This document shows, one piece after another, positions 63,971-64,000 of a stretch of 64,000 bases of DNA (positions within the stretch are counted from its first letter, which is position 1; each line of letters begins with the position of its first letter). The stretch is from Tubiluchus corallicola (Eukaryota > Animalia > Priapulida), in assembly GCA_030141605.1 (NCBI GenBank), contig JAQGDQ010000873.1, positions 1-64,000 of the forward strand, written 5' to 3'. A model generated the notes under the pieces. That model did not search any database and was not told where the DNA came from. It was given only the letters and a program-made list of their open reading frames with translations. The position numbers and the translations under genes were made by a program.

Positions 63971-64000
63971 TTGACCTCAAATATACTTTCTGCATCCTCA

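Overview
AT-rich, repeat-laden eukaryotic DNA with spliceosomal GT-AG introns. It is most likely from a protostome invertebrate, because it carries intronless divergent ionotropic receptors. Most short ORFs in the supplied track are microsatellite read-throughs or artefacts of TTG/GTG starts. Two minus-strand gene clusters are interleaved. (1) At 32.7-44.9 kb is a tandem array of compact, intronless variant iGluR/ionotropic receptor (IR) genes: four intact ORFs, one full-length pseudogene and four truncated remnants, built by duplication of a ~3.4-kb unit. (2) At 23.5-29.2 kb and 45.0-54.1 kb is a cluster of low-complexity proteins that I could not assign to a family. They appear to be secreted and have blocky acidic and Arg/Lys-rich charge. 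I reconstructed them by hand from splice sites; in most, an intron splits the signal peptide. Two share a coiled-coil motif, one is purely acidic, and two carry disabling lesions. The rest of the window holds hAT- and Harbinger-type MITEs (the hAT ones with TSDs), a three-copy Helitron-like element, SINE fragments, mini- and microsatellites, and isolated candidate exons that may belong to a larger host gene. No database searches were possible, so family names rest on motif recognition alone.
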